DNA of 64,000 bases from Glycera tridactyla (Eukaryota), in assembly GCA_965644265.1 (NCBI GenBank), contig OZ286460.1, forward strand, positions 49,290,001-49,354,000, given 5' to 3'. Positions within the stretch are counted from its first letter, which is position 1. Each line of letters starts with the position of its first letter. A model generated the notes under the pieces. The model was given only the letters and a program-made list of their open reading frames with translations. It had not been told where the DNA came from and did no database searches. Position numbers and translations under genes: made by a program. Below, in pieces: positions 52,001 through 61,481 of this stretch.

Positions 52001-52671
52001 AGACATGGTTAAGTTAGAATATCTTTATATCAGTTGCAAATATGCTTTTCCTGGTTCCAAGATGATCCATGAGAGATGGGATTTTTTTGCCTTCGACCCT
52101 CCATCATGCTAGCCTGGGCTGAACACGTATTTGTAGCCACACGGTGGGAATATATATTTCAGCAGGCAAATATGATGCCTTGTCTTTATATGTTCATAAT
52201 ATTATATATAAAGTGGTTGTTAGATGATAAGGATGGATGTTCAATACTAAAAGACCTAATGATGGGTGTGAGTGTTTGTGTGTGTATGCGTGTGTGTGTG
52301 TATGCTGAGTATGTGTTTGTTGTGTGACAAATGGATAGAGAAGTAGATAGAGAAATACAGACAAGAGAGAGATAGAGAGCATGAGAGACAGGGATGGACG
52401 GATGGATAAACAGAACAGACCGAAGTGTGGGCATCAAAAGAGAGCAAGACAGATGGCAGACAGACGAAAAATAGAAAAGGCTATATTTACCTGAACATTA
52501 TGATGAACTGCTTGTGCATAGAGAAGGCCTGTTTCGATGGGATTGGAAGGGACGAGGCAGCTTGGCGAGAAGATGCGTTTACAAAAAATGAGTTTACCAT
52601 AATCATGAAGCGGGGGCAAGGTGACTGCATGGCGCTTAGGAGAACCTACTAGCATTGGGATACGCTGCTTC
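20022..52671 (-). CDS. Myo22: Spliced gene: MyTH4-FERM unconventional myosin tail, class XXII-like (3' part of gene)
   Basis: 19 exons join with GT-AG sites and consistent phases: 52671-52491, 51889-51792, 50850-50760, 50217-50113, 49571-49278, 48059-47926, 44272-44088, 34505-34383, 33599-33433, 32813-32737, 31735-31654, 31063-30982, 30480-30374, 30008-29889, 29208-29138, 28264-28096, 27067-26984, 20930-20811, 20240-20022. Product is FERM1(F2,F3)-linker-MyTH4-FERM2 with no SH3. Motifs resemble invertebrate Myo22 tails as I recall them (LLYAQAVH, LAGLQAQV, YWTFSR, NEFYLQLIKQTTD, TEEGQYA, WPLYGAT, LWLAV). Confidence 0.8.
20480..20592 (+). repeat. 113-bp dispersed repeat, copy 2 (last intron of myosin gene)
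   Basis: See copy 1. Confidence 0.9.
20811..20930 (-). CDS. Myo22: Myosin exon: FERM2 F3 (TIYCTYAHHEIVTTNATSKNITMEIQTGHKFIKLLFSTSQ)
   Basis: ttcttctttcag acceptor, CAG|GTGAGT donor. Confidence 0.9.
22181..22347. mobile_element. Degenerate Tc1/mariner-type MITE
   Basis: CAGTCAAACCTG start, degenerate CAGGTTAGAGTG|TA end. Confidence 0.6.
22820..23196. mobile_element. Degenerate Tc1/mariner-type MITE (related inverted fragment at ~30230-30299)
   Basis: TA|CAGTCAAACCTGTCCTAAGCAGCCAC start, CAGGTTTGATAG|TA end. The fragment ending at 30299 reads CAGTCAAGCCTGTCCTAAGCTGCCAC on the minus strand. Confidence 0.6.
24016..24586. mobile_element. 571-bp non-autonomous TIR DNA element with TGT...ACA ends in a (TA)n target
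   Basis: Left end TGTTACGTGCTATCGACGGATCTGCGCGATCGCCCGAT versus reverse complement of right end TGTTACGCGCCAACGGCCGATCGGCGCGATCGGCCGAT (31/38 match). TATA flanks both sides. No transposase ORF. Confidence 0.85.
24587..24641. repeat. (TA)n microsatellite flanking the TIR element
   Basis: Direct reading. Confidence 0.97.
26191..26780. repeat. Minisatellite, 57-bp unit, about 10 copies
   Basis: Unit TGTCATATGTATGCCCCCCATGATACCAGTTTCTGTCACCAGGTGCCACTACTGTTA; explains the repetitive ORF-track peptides. Confidence 0.97.
26984..27067 (-). CDS. Myo22: Myosin exon: FERM2 F3 (QTNEERLPKSLWLAVSQIGVHLMERRGQ)
   Basis: tttacag acceptor, CAG|GTAGGT donor. Confidence 0.93.
27093..27194. mobile_element. Short Tc1/mariner-type MITE
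   Basis: TA|CAGTAAAACCTG...GGACAGGTCTGACCA|TA. Confidence 0.6.
28096..28264 (-). CDS. Myo22: Myosin exon: FERM2 F2/F3 (SVMRILPRHLRD...FLDVLKLWPLYGATSYSIT)
   Basis: gtttcag acceptor, ACT|GTGAGT donor, WPLYGAT motif. Confidence 0.95.
28881..29070. repeat. Diverged tandem duplication, about 95 bp x2
   Basis: GCACAGCAAGATT...TCAAATTTC...ATGGAAACAT starts at 28881 and 28976. Confidence 0.7.
29138..29208 (-). CDS. Myo22: Myosin exon: FERM2 F2 (TRLCALRAQTEFGDYKYANNIDY)
   Basis: tttttag acceptor, AA|GTAAGT donor. Confidence 0.92.
29889..30008 (-). CDS. Myo22: Myosin exon: FERM2 F2 (KRLFVEPFMNLNDPIEIEMLYNQSVCEVFEEKILLTKSDA)
   Basis: tttacag acceptor, GCA|GTACGT donor. Confidence 0.92.
30374..30480 (-). 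CDS. Myo22: Myosin exon: FERM2 F1 (NYLCPKEKLADSLYRWEKWSHQFTSPPKDLMYAFK)
   Basis: ttttccag acceptor, AAG|GTAAGT donor, E..AD....WE motif. Confidence 0.93.
30982..31063 (-). CDS. Myo22: Myosin exon: FERM2 F1 (VVYQVKSRVGMRLDAQGFGIFEIWAGS)
   Basis: gtctcag acceptor (alternative in-frame cag 12 nt downstream), G|GTGAGC donor. Confidence 0.88.
31347..31646. mobile_element. Tc1/mariner-type MITE abutting a splice donor
   Basis: CAATCGAACCTG...CAGATTTAACTG|TA, internal CAGGTGGCC repeats. Confidence 0.7.
31654..31735 (-). CDS. Myo22: Myosin exon: FERM2 F1 (RPMAILMLLPDGQQIMVDFDSAGTAEE)
   Basis: catatag acceptor, GAG|GTGAGT donor, ubiquitin-like F1 start. Confidence 0.9.
32737..32813 (-). CDS. Myo22: Myosin exon: MyTH4 end (SVQRTMESRGRQHPPSYKEVVCVTK)
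   Basis: attccag acceptor, AG|GTCAGT donor, R..PPS..E motif. Confidence 0.93.
33433..33599 (-). CDS. Myo22: Myosin exon: MyTH4 (PGSKAVIRYWHLMTMATCVMLPTNKLILSYLQLHLKRYALQQHTEEGQYAVFCLK)
   Basis: ttgttacag acceptor, AAG|GTAGGC donor. Confidence 0.95.
33627..33776. mobile_element. Degenerate Tc1/mariner-type MITE
   Basis: TA|CAGTAAACCCTG...CAGGTTCCACTG. Confidence 0.65.
33846..34365. repeat. (GA)n-rich tract interrupted by assembly gap 34076-34310
   Basis: Direct reading. Confidence 0.95.
34076..34310. other. Assembly gap (N run)
   Basis: Run of N within a (GA)n tract. Confidence 1.
34383..34505 (-). CDS. Myo22: Myosin exon: MyTH4 core (VLEDMDLITVVQTLIMKCMEGEELCNEFYLQLIKQTTDPT)
   Basis: ttctag acceptor, CAG|GTAAAT donor, E.Y.QL.KQTT MyTH4 signature. 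Confidence 0.95.
37051..37228. mobile_element. Tc1/mariner-type MITE (close sister of 45122-45299)
   Basis: TA|CAGTAAAACCTGTCTTGGGAGAC...CCCAAGACAGGTTTCACTA. By eye about 90% identical to the 45122 copy. Confidence 0.88.
39112..40040. repeat. Minisatellite, 35-bp unit, about 26 copies
   Basis: Unit GATATCAGTGATGACTGTGTGCTCTGGTTGTGGTA; GATATC starts spaced 35 bp (39184, 39219; 39252, 39287). Confidence 0.97.
42902..42934 (-). CDS. Candidate 33-nt micro-exon in MyTH4 loop (AEEPAKAGAKP)
   Basis: aatgtttacag acceptor, CAG|GTAAAT donor. Symmetric phase, so the frame is preserved between exons 44088 and 34505. Confidence 0.6.
44088..44272 (-). CDS. Myo22: Myosin exon: MyTH4 start (LSGRG...YWTFSRLPFKHSLL...AVRMFNSTLVYTGLESV)
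   Basis: ttttgtag acceptor, G|GTAAGT donor, W.FS..P...SL and A...F...L.Y.G MyTH4 motifs. Confidence 0.92.
45122..45299. mobile_element. Tc1/mariner-type MITE, intact
   Basis: TA|CAGTAAAACCTGTCTTGGGAGAC...GTCTCCCAAGACAGGTTTCACTG|TA; near-perfect 23-bp TIR. Confidence 0.92.
47926..48059 (-). CDS. Myo22: Myosin exon: FERM1-MyTH4 linker (LKAHGQDWIRLYDDILAHRSVLVQSGLINRPSDQNMGIIKSALK)
   Basis: cttgcag acceptor, AA|GTAGGT donor, phases match both neighbours. Confidence 0.85.
49278..49571 (-). CDS. Myo22: Myosin exon: FERM1 F3 lobe (GLWHYGIEFILALNQQ...EEFSGLIKQHAAHLTNWDMTKDSVQMK)
   Basis: tttgcag acceptor, AAG|GTGAGT donor, 98 open codons, PTB-like F3 pattern. Confidence 0.92.
50113..50217 (-). 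CDS. Myo22: Myosin exon: FERM1 F2/F3 (RVGNIKGELECKRKYLALISQFPVYGCVRFFAHYK)
   Basis: tttgcag acceptor, AAG|GTAGGT donor, YL...P.YG..F motif. Confidence 0.92.
50568..50650. repeat. (GACA)n-type microsatellite
   Basis: Direct reading. Confidence 0.9.
50760..50850 (-). CDS. Myo22: Myosin exon: FERM1 F2 (YVDTDEYLCQRIIASDSAIDWSTEIAIAHK)
   Basis: ttcattgcag acceptor, AAG|GTGGGT donor, phases match both neighbours. Confidence 0.88.
51792..51889 (-). CDS. Myo22: Myosin exon: FERM1 F2 (ADEYSAPVPAALLLAGLQAQVLHGDYDEEKKH)
   Basis: ctgtag acceptor, AG|GTATTA donor, classic LAGLQAQV..GD FERM motif. Confidence 0.9.
52491..52671 (-). CDS. Myo22: Myosin exon: FERM1 F1/F2 junction (KQRIPML...KLIFCKRIFSPSCLVPSNPIETGLLYAQAVHHNVQ)
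   Basis: tttag acceptor, CAG|GTAAAT donor, FERM F2 entry motif. Confidence 0.85.
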
Positions 52672-55600
52672 CTAAACATCAAAAAACATAAAAAGACATA
52701 GATATTGTAGTGTTTGTGAACTGAGTAAAGACAAACTCGATGTACTTGTGGAGATCTTCTTGTCTCCTCTTCATCACTACATGTGTACAATGCAACCGGC
52801 ATTATGGCGGACCCATAGGTAACACTAAATCCCAGCCTCGCACCTCTAAATGATATTCAAATACTTTCATATTGAAATGTGAATACACCGCAGATATGAA
52901 AACATCAATATCTGAAACAATAACTGCAGCAAAGGAAATTTGCAGGACCAGTTGCAGCAAAGGACAGCCAATTAGACACCTCCAAACTATTTGCTGCGAA
53001 TCTGATACTCATCCTGCAGTGAGATCATAATCACAACACAACTGAAGCTTTGTCAACCAAATATCCTGTATCCTGCTCATGAGACCACCCCTTCATGACG
53101 TGAGCTTCTGTCGTGAGGGATGACGTTTTACAAATGAGGAATGTGAGCTACCGCTACAACCAATACCAGACAGAATACCGGTAGTATGGCGATTGAGATC
53201 TTCATACATTTAGTTTCTACAATTTGAGTGAAAAGTCACTGATTGATTCTCATTAAGGGAAGAAATTGACAGCTCTCCAGCAGCATACACCCTGGCATAC
53301 CAGTAACTGCCACTCTACCAAATGGGCAATTTTACTGAGGGCAGTTCATGGCCTTCAGTCAAGCTATACATTTGGTATTAATCAAACTTGCAAATATCCC
53401 ATCTAACTGGTGTTCCTGCATTTCCAACAACAGCTTCACCCCTCACAACACACTTCAATCAAATTCACACCCAGATGCAATATACTAAATACCTGTATTT
53501 AGGGACCCAGCCAATCAAAAAATATTTACTACAATCTCAAAACCTGCTACTGTCACTAGATCATCTCAAATGGAATATACCTGAGAATGAGAATTGTTGA
53601 AATCCAACCAAATGAATCTTCATTCAATAGTGAATCTAAGAGAAAATCTACGTGAAGGAATGGGGTGTTTCAAGTCCTAAAGATGTGAGGGTGAAATGTA
53701 ATATGAAGTCAGGCTAGAATGTGTGGAGCATCAGTGCACCTATCGGGACATTTAGTCATGGTTTTGAAGCTATAGGTGTGCAATATATTTTTGGAGGAAG
53801 CAGTGCAAAATAAAAAGTTTTCTACCATGAATGCATTCACTTTTGGTAAGGATTGTCCATAGTTTTAATGTATTGATATTACAAATCTGCAGATTCTATC
53901 AGCGACGAATGGTAGTCAAATTCCTACAAGCAATCTACATCATGTAAATTTGCTGAGTGCTCTTATTCAAATCAAATTGCTATCACTTCTGACAAATCCT
54001 CTTGTTATTCATGAACAAGTGCACTCACAGGATTATTGCCCAAAAATTACCACATCTAGTTCATGACCATTTCACAGACAAATAATACGCTCCGAATTGT
54101 ATTTCAGTCACCGCAGAAGTCAGCGAGTCAGTACATGAGTTAATCTTCAAGCACTCCCCAAAACAAAGAGTAGTGTGAAATACCTGCCTGCCAAGCATTG
54201 ATTTGACAAACTACCTAACGAGAGCAGAAATTTTGGTGTGAGATATTTTGATACGGCCGAAGTCTGTCAAATCCAAACATGGCAGTTACGTTTCACCAGA
54301 TAATGCCGTCATTCCTGGATTTCAGTTAAATGGCATGAATTGTTTGTATAGAGCTTCCATCGGATCAGATTTCATACACTTTGCTTGTTTTTTTTAAATT
54401 GATGCACTCTCATTTCATTGCATATTTACCATGCAACCGTCAGCATAATCCTTTGACCTTTTGTATGTAAATCAATAGAGATACGGGTGCTGCACTTGCT
54501 GTGAAACCAGCGTGAAATCAACATATTTGGTACAATAGGGTGAAATCTACAAGTTAACTTCATTGTCACCATATACCTAGTCATGGGAGATGTCAACAAT
54601 GTCTGTGAGTTTCTTCACAATCTAATGCAAATCTGCGATGCTAGGGCGAAAATGAACTAGATTCAAAAATGAACTACATGTAAGAAAAGGTGTCTGATAG
54701 GTGAGGAAGTGAAAACACATTGTATGATGAAAGTTGGTCAGATCCATAGTGAAGTCAAGAACTGTGAACAGGAATGACTTGCCCAAACTCATTTGCTTCA
54801 ACAATAAATAATTTGACCAACTCTCTAAATAGTTTGTTGTGACAGTCTCCTGATGAAATGAAACTCATTTGGAAGACTAGTTATTGATGACATCTTTGGC
54901 TGTCTCTCACCATATGATTCAATGTTTCTAACAAAGTTTGATGATGGATAATGGAACAGCTAATCTAATAATCTACCCCATGTCCACAAATATTCCCTCA
55001 GATATTCACATGATGTTCATGTAATCCTATGAGGTTCATCCATGCCTTATTGCCTTAATCCATATGAGATCCAACTGCAAACGATATCACTTGGAATTAC
55101 TGACAAGGAGAAAAATGTACCCAAATATTTGTAGGAATGGACACTGAATAGAGAAACATATCAATCATGAGCCATCACCCTTTCATCAAATGCAGACATA
55201 CACCTGAACCACACTGAAAAATCTTCTTGGATAGAGATGACACAGACTGAGAGAGACCATCACCGAAAAAGGCAATTGACAGTAGAATTTGTTACAGAAA
55301 TAACTTCTCCATTTGATCTGATGATGGAGCATGAAATTATGGGAAATTCATTTAGTGAAATGGGGAAGTTGCAGCTGGGATATGGCTATTACGTCATACT
55401 GCTGGGAAGAAGAGAGATGATGATGACGTCAGTAAGACATTGCGACAATCAAGGAATGCATCAGGTATGGGTGGATGAAGGGAAATATGTGTGCTTGTGT
55501 CTCTAGATGTGCTGGGATGCTGAAAATATCTGCCAATCCTGTTCTCCCAGATACTGAGCTCGCAACAAGTTCAACGCTTTATTCCAGAATTTGGCCTTCT

Positions 55601-56039
55601 TAGTACTTCAAATCTGTGTATTGAAGAATAAGGTGCTTTGATGGAACATTTGATTTATTTGAACTTAAACAAATTCTAACTGATTCATCAGAATTGTTTA
55701 CATTCTGGCATGTGTTATACTATGCTCATCTGATAGAAAGGCTACTGCATCCTCAGAGCATCAGTGAGATACTTGTTATATTTTCTTTGAAAGCTCAATA
55801 TTTGCTCTGGGATAGCTCTGGGATAGCAGGATTGGAGCCGTGTGGTTAAAAGGTTAGTGGTGTAGGAAGAGAATTGCCTGTGTGTAAGTCTTCTATGGAT
55901 TGAAGCAGTCATCTTGGGAAGGCTGCATTGAACTGTCGTTGCATCAACTATTCCATTCACCAACCCCTGTCACAGAGTGGCCACTTTTGTGCACCATGTG
56001 AGGTGAACAAAAGCGGAGCCTACAGTTGACCGTAAATGC

Positions 56040-56460
56040 CATCAAGATCAGGATTTCAACCGCCATTGTATTACCAATTTCTACTGCGGTGGAAACATTT
56101 CCATCGCGGTGGAAATGCTTCAACCCCAGTGGAAATTATTCACCACCGCTGTGGGAACGTTTCAACCAGTGGAAATTGGTTACCACTGCAGTCCGAATGT
56201 TCCCACCATAGTGGAAAAGCTTTCCCATCATGCTGGCAATGATTCCATGGCAGTACAAATGTTTCCATCACTGTGGTGATATTTCCACCGTGGTACAAAT
56301 CTGTAGTACGATTGAGATTGTAATTAATTTTGATAATGATACCACGGCAATGCGACTGTTTTCAACATGGTGGAAATCACTTATCACCAGGGTGGCAATA
56401 TTTCCACCATGGTGCCAACATTCAATATTAATATTTCCGCCATTAATATTTCCACCACTG
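56040..56460. repeat. Degenerate array of palindromic TTTCCACCGCGGTGGAAA-like units
   Basis: Many variants, e.g. ttctactgcggtggaaa, tttccatcgcggtggaaa, ttcccaccatagtggaaa, tttccaccgtggta, tttccaccatggtg. Confidence 0.8.
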
Positions 56461-59397
56461 TGCACATGTGTAGTACCATAAAGATTGTGATTATTTTTGA
56501 TGAGGGCACATATGGGCCACTGTAGAAACGTATGGACTCTGTAGACAACTCTGTAGACAACTCTGGTGCCAATTAGTGGGTGCATGCAGCAAATGGTCAG
56601 GTTATGAGAGCTTCAATGAAACTTGTAGAAAGATAGGTCTACAATAAAATGTGTATGCTCTTTGATAAAGATATGTTGGCATACAGTACATAGTTTTGCC
56701 ATTCAGCATGGAGGTAGAGAATGATGCTATATGTTGACAGGGGAAAACACAATATTCTGATCACTTTGCCAAAACCAAACTAGGAGCATACACTTTTATT
56801 CATACTCACCACCTGAAAGATACACAGAATCAAGTAATTGATCAATAATTGGTTCAGAATTGAAATTCTTCTGTGATAATTATTTTTATCTTATGGATGT
56901 CACAAAATAAAGTGAATCTGCTGACAAACAGGGCATCCATTCATGGAGTTAATCATGGCTTTGATTTGACAAATATTGGGTTGGTTGAAACCTGGTAGAT
57001 TGAGATTTGGACATAGGATTGAAGTGCCCTGCACATGGATGATGGCTAAATATAGCCTGCCATAAGGAGAATGTGGTACAGCCTAGGATTGAGAGATCCC
57101 ACAATTGGAACACTGGTTAGATGAGCAAAAGCATGCAGAAAAAAGTTGATACAGGTTATTGCCAATGCAACTCATCCGAATGTGCAGTCAACATTCATGC
57201 AATCTTTCATAGCAGACTAATTTGTTGAGTCATACACGAGTATTTGAAGTGAGAATTGGACTTCAAAACAGGATCATTTAACATTTGAACTTGATTTCTC
57301 ATCATATCCTCCAGAAGTCACAGCACGGATAAATACTATGTAAACTGGCATATAGACTACCTGCTGTATAAGGTGACCCGATGATTTTAACTCGCATGAT
57401 CAAGATTTAAATAAATTCTCACATGGTTGATTGACCCTGATGTTCACTTGGACCAGAGATAAAGAGATGCAACAAAGCCATTCATGCCTTCATTATCTGC
57501 ACTGATTCATTTTGATGTTAAACAATCCCTGATTTCATGATAAATATAATAGGCCAGTATCTCTACCTTTGATTTGGGTGCCATTGTTGTGACTGGCTTA
57601 GCCTCTCTGAGACAGTTCACAGCTTTGTGCTGACAGTACCGTGCTGACAGTACTGTGATTATTTTCTTCTCATCTCGTGGAGCCCAAGATGGCCGGTCAT
57701 TTGACTGGATGTTTATTCTGCTATGTGGATCTATCAAGTTCATTGCAAAATATCATAGTTCCCTCAAATCTCACAAAAAGGGGTTACAAAAGCTCATCTA
57801 GTACCAGCGTTTGAACTTGGCATGAATTTCTGGCACTTTGAGTATTTCACCATTGTAAATATTGCAAACAAGTTGATCTCACATATAGGTGGACCACCTT
57901 CTTTCCCAGCTGATATTTTTGTGTGATTGCCAGTATATGAAGTAAGTGTTTCTTGTTATTCTCAACAGAAACACAGTAGATTATGAGCTACTCAAATCAA
58001 GGAAAACTTTCATTGTGTTCTTCAATTAGCCCTCAGAATATTCACAACTACCTCTCAGTGTGTCCAGAACTCGCTTTGGGTGGACCTCAAGTCTGATACT
58101 GACCGGGAGTACCTCATCTAACATGACATGTTTGACTGGATCCAACTCATACAGTAGTAGTACATTCCATTCCAGGCAGAAACAATGGAACAAGAAGCCA
58201 TAATTGCTGAATCCATTCACAGTCTCACAATGGAAAACTGCCAGAAAAATTCACTTGGCTCAAGCACGATGAAAATATCATGGCAGTACCACCAGGTGAG
58301 ATAGGGTGAATTCATTCAATAATCACAAGTTCTTGCTTTTATACCACAAATAAACCATAACTGCAACAATCTCATGAGACGAGGTGCAATCTAGAGATAC
58401 TTTCCCTTAATATCCTGTTTGTTTTCTCCTAATTTGTCTGTGCCATATTGGTATAAAGCAACACGTTTCATACAGAGATTTTCGAAGGGATTTTATGAAT
58501 GTTTCAAGCACCGAGTATACTCCCTGAAACACACTTATGTGAAAAAGAATTTGTTACTTCACAAAACTCGAACATGTGATGAAAAATGTCATGCAAACGC
58601 ATAACATTGGTGGAAACCCATCACTTCAATAGTCCCTCGAGCTGTGTAATTCAATGACATCCTTCATCAGTTTCCTTTTCAACCACCAAACAGCGACAGT
58701 GTACCAATCAATATATTTGAATTCTTAGTTGCGTTGAATGGTGGAATCGGGAGGGAAACAACTTTATATCAATTTCTCAGAAAATTGGGGAAAACTTCCT
58801 AGGCCTTTTCAAGCTGGCGCTCAGCTTCAAGTACTTTCAAAAGACTATGACCAAAGTCTATGCATATCATGAGCCTGTGCAAACCCGGGGCAACAACCTT
58901 TAGTCACAAAGACTTCCCAAAAGACAACAATGCTACAAAATTTTATGAGTGCATGATAGCCCGAGTTAAATCCTCGAAAAAAAACAGTGAGTGGAATACA
59001 AGGATTTCTATAAATAATTTTTTTTCATTACACACAGATTGTTCTAGAGAATTGTCGATGGGAAGTTTGTCGAATGGGATATTACAGAATATCTCATGAG
59101 CTTATATCACACAGGTTGATTCAGTAGTTTATGTGGTATAAGACACTGTATTGCATCCTCATTTATCATGTGCATATTAATACATATCTCATGCTAGATG
59201 GAAACGTGTCAGCCAGAAAATGTGAACCAAACCATCCCGTGACCAAAGATAAAAGAAGAGACCTTGTGAACTGATAAAAACCAACCAATCTTAGAGAGTA
59301 AGCATTTGATTAGGACAAGGAGACACAACTACAATCCAAATCGATTCACTCTCGGTGTGTGAGAAAATATCCCTGGCATGGGTAATTTGGTTTTTAC

Positions 59398-59445
59398 CTG
59401 GAAAACATTTTGGCAATAGAGACCCCTCTGTTCTTGTCCTGGGTG
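59398..59445 (-). CDS. Candidate 48-nt exon of the myosin gene (TQDKNRGVSIAKMFS)
   Basis: Long pyrimidine tract then cacag acceptor, and a CAG|GTAAAA donor. The terminal AG joins the G of exon 52671 to make Arg in frame. No recognisable motif. Confidence 0.45.
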
Positions 59446-59742
59446 CTGTGTTTGTGGGAAAAAGTGACAAGAAGGAAAACAGATAAGTATTTGCGCATCA
59501 TCGTCACCTCCAATTTGCATGTCTAACAGCCTTCTGAATTAGTGTTGCAACTTTCAACTGGAACAAGAATTGAATCACACAAAGAGGTAGGTTTGATGAC
59601 TGTGGGACTCTTCACTTTCTCGAGATTCTCAACCCCTATAGCTTTTCTGAGTACTCCATGATGGACAATAAGTCCATCCAAGTCATAACACATATAGAGC
59701 CACCTCTTTCTCTGCCAACAAGAAATAAAACTGGACATAGAT

Positions 59743-59996
59743 GAGTATGAAGTTTCAAAACATCGAGTTTCTTGAGAAAAACCTTCCCTAGTATCCTCTA
59801 CAATCGAGGACTACTAAAATTTCGGGAAAGATTTACAAAATCTGGTCTCACTCCACCTGCATTAGATAGAGTATGAAGTTTCAAAACATCGAGTTTCTTG
59901 AGAAAAACCTTCCCTAGTATCCTCTACAATCGAGGACTACTAAAATTTCGGGAAAAGATTTACAAAATCTGGTCTCACCCCACCTGCATTAGATAG
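59743..59996. repeat. Near-perfect tandem duplication, about 126 bp x2
   Basis: GAGTATGAAGTTTCAAAACATCG... starts at 59743 and 59869. Confidence 0.95.
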
Positions 59997-61305
59997 CATT
60001 CAATTTGTCAAACCATGATACCAAATCGAAATTAGCAATCTTAACATGCATTATTCAAACAATCCACACATGGGAATCTACCTCGAGAGTTTGAAAACAA
60101 AATATGAAGCCTCATGCACTGAGCGCATCGAATTTCCCATCCTAGAAAAGGAATCTACTCTCATGAAGTCCCGTGACCTCCATCATTGCCTCAGAACCAT
60201 AGTATGCTTCCACTTTGGATTACTGCCTGTATTGCAAAGTCTCTCCATTTTCGTTTAGATAAAGTCGGAGCAAATCAAGCATTGCCATGCAGTTACCAAC
60301 AGTTGCATGATTTGAACCAGTGCATGTTGGGTAAATGGAGATTGGCTTCAGCAGCAGGCCTGGAACGAGAGTCAGAATATGGTGACTAGATGGGATACCC
60401 TCAAACACAAGTTCCTTGCCTCAATCCTTACAACAGACCTAACATCAGGACGAAGGAATGAAAAGCCTCATTCTCAGTCTTCTGCATCGATGTCACACAT
60501 CAAATATATCCCCAACATCTTGAAACATTCAAAATGATTTTCCTTTCCATGCAAGTTATTCTCATTTTTTTTCAATTTAGACCATATGAATGATATTCAT
60601 CAAATTCATGATGTCATAACAAGAAAATCATTGGAGGATCGTAATCACTTCTTAAGACTCAAACCATCCAATACTGTGGTTCTTTCTATATATGGCATAC
60701 CAAGATATTGTCCTATAATGCAAGCTCACAATACATATATCAATGCATTCATTGAAGAAATTATATTTCCATGTACTTATGACCCCCCCCCCCCCCCCCC
60801 CCCATACACATGCATAGATGAATTCATTCACAGTTGTCCATCCTCCTTCACAGATTCAGCACTGAAAAATGGACCTTGAAAATACATGACAATTTCTGGT
60901 GTTGACCCACAAAAGATTGAAGGATCTATCACAAAATTACTTTCACGAGTGATTAAGCAGTATCTAAAAATACCGGTAGGTTGCGTTCATTTCAATGAGA
61001 AGTTGTTGCTTAATTTTCTGCAGAAACAACTGAGGTGGTATAGAATTTATGCAGAACAACGAAATTTTCCTCATTTCCCAGTATTTTCAAATCAGAAATA
61101 TTCTCATGATAAATAGAGAATGCAGCCGCTTCAATATGGAGCAATATAATCACAAATGTGATATGTCAAATCTTGTCACACCTCATGGATTGACAATATC
61201 GTATATTTGAACTGTCTTGGCAGTGTTGTACATTATAAACTGTCAACTGATAACAAACAAACAAAATAGAATACACATGTCTAGAAAGCTGTGAAACATT
61301 GGATA

Positions 61306-61481
61306 GAGTGAAACCTGCGACGAGAGACCACCCTAAATGTCACCAAAAGGCGGTCTCTCAAAAGAGGTGGTCTCTCGTCGGAGTAATATTCGACTAGGTC
61401 AAATTGAAAAGCTGCCCTCCAAAAGCGGTCTCCCGTCGGAGGTGGTCTCTCATCAGGTGTCTCTCATCGCAGGTTTCACTG
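61306..61481. mobile_element. Tc1/mariner-type MITE
   Basis: TA|GAGTGAAACCTGCGA...TCGCAGGTTTCACTG|TA. Confidence 0.85.

Noticed and set aside
52747-52777. Mini-exon SDEEETRRSPQ upstream of exon 52671
   Set aside because: The donor phase is incompatible with the 52671 acceptor (it leads to a stop).
58052-58119. Candidate exon EVLPVSIRLEVHPKRVLDTLR
   Set aside because: The phase does not fit the chain and there is no convincing motif.
59580-59712. Candidate exon RKRWLYMCYDLDG...LRKAIGVENLEK as FERM1 F1
   Set aside because: Partial likeness to LDG and IG..NLE motifs, but the spacing is too short, the donor is weak and the phase does not join the 48-nt exon.
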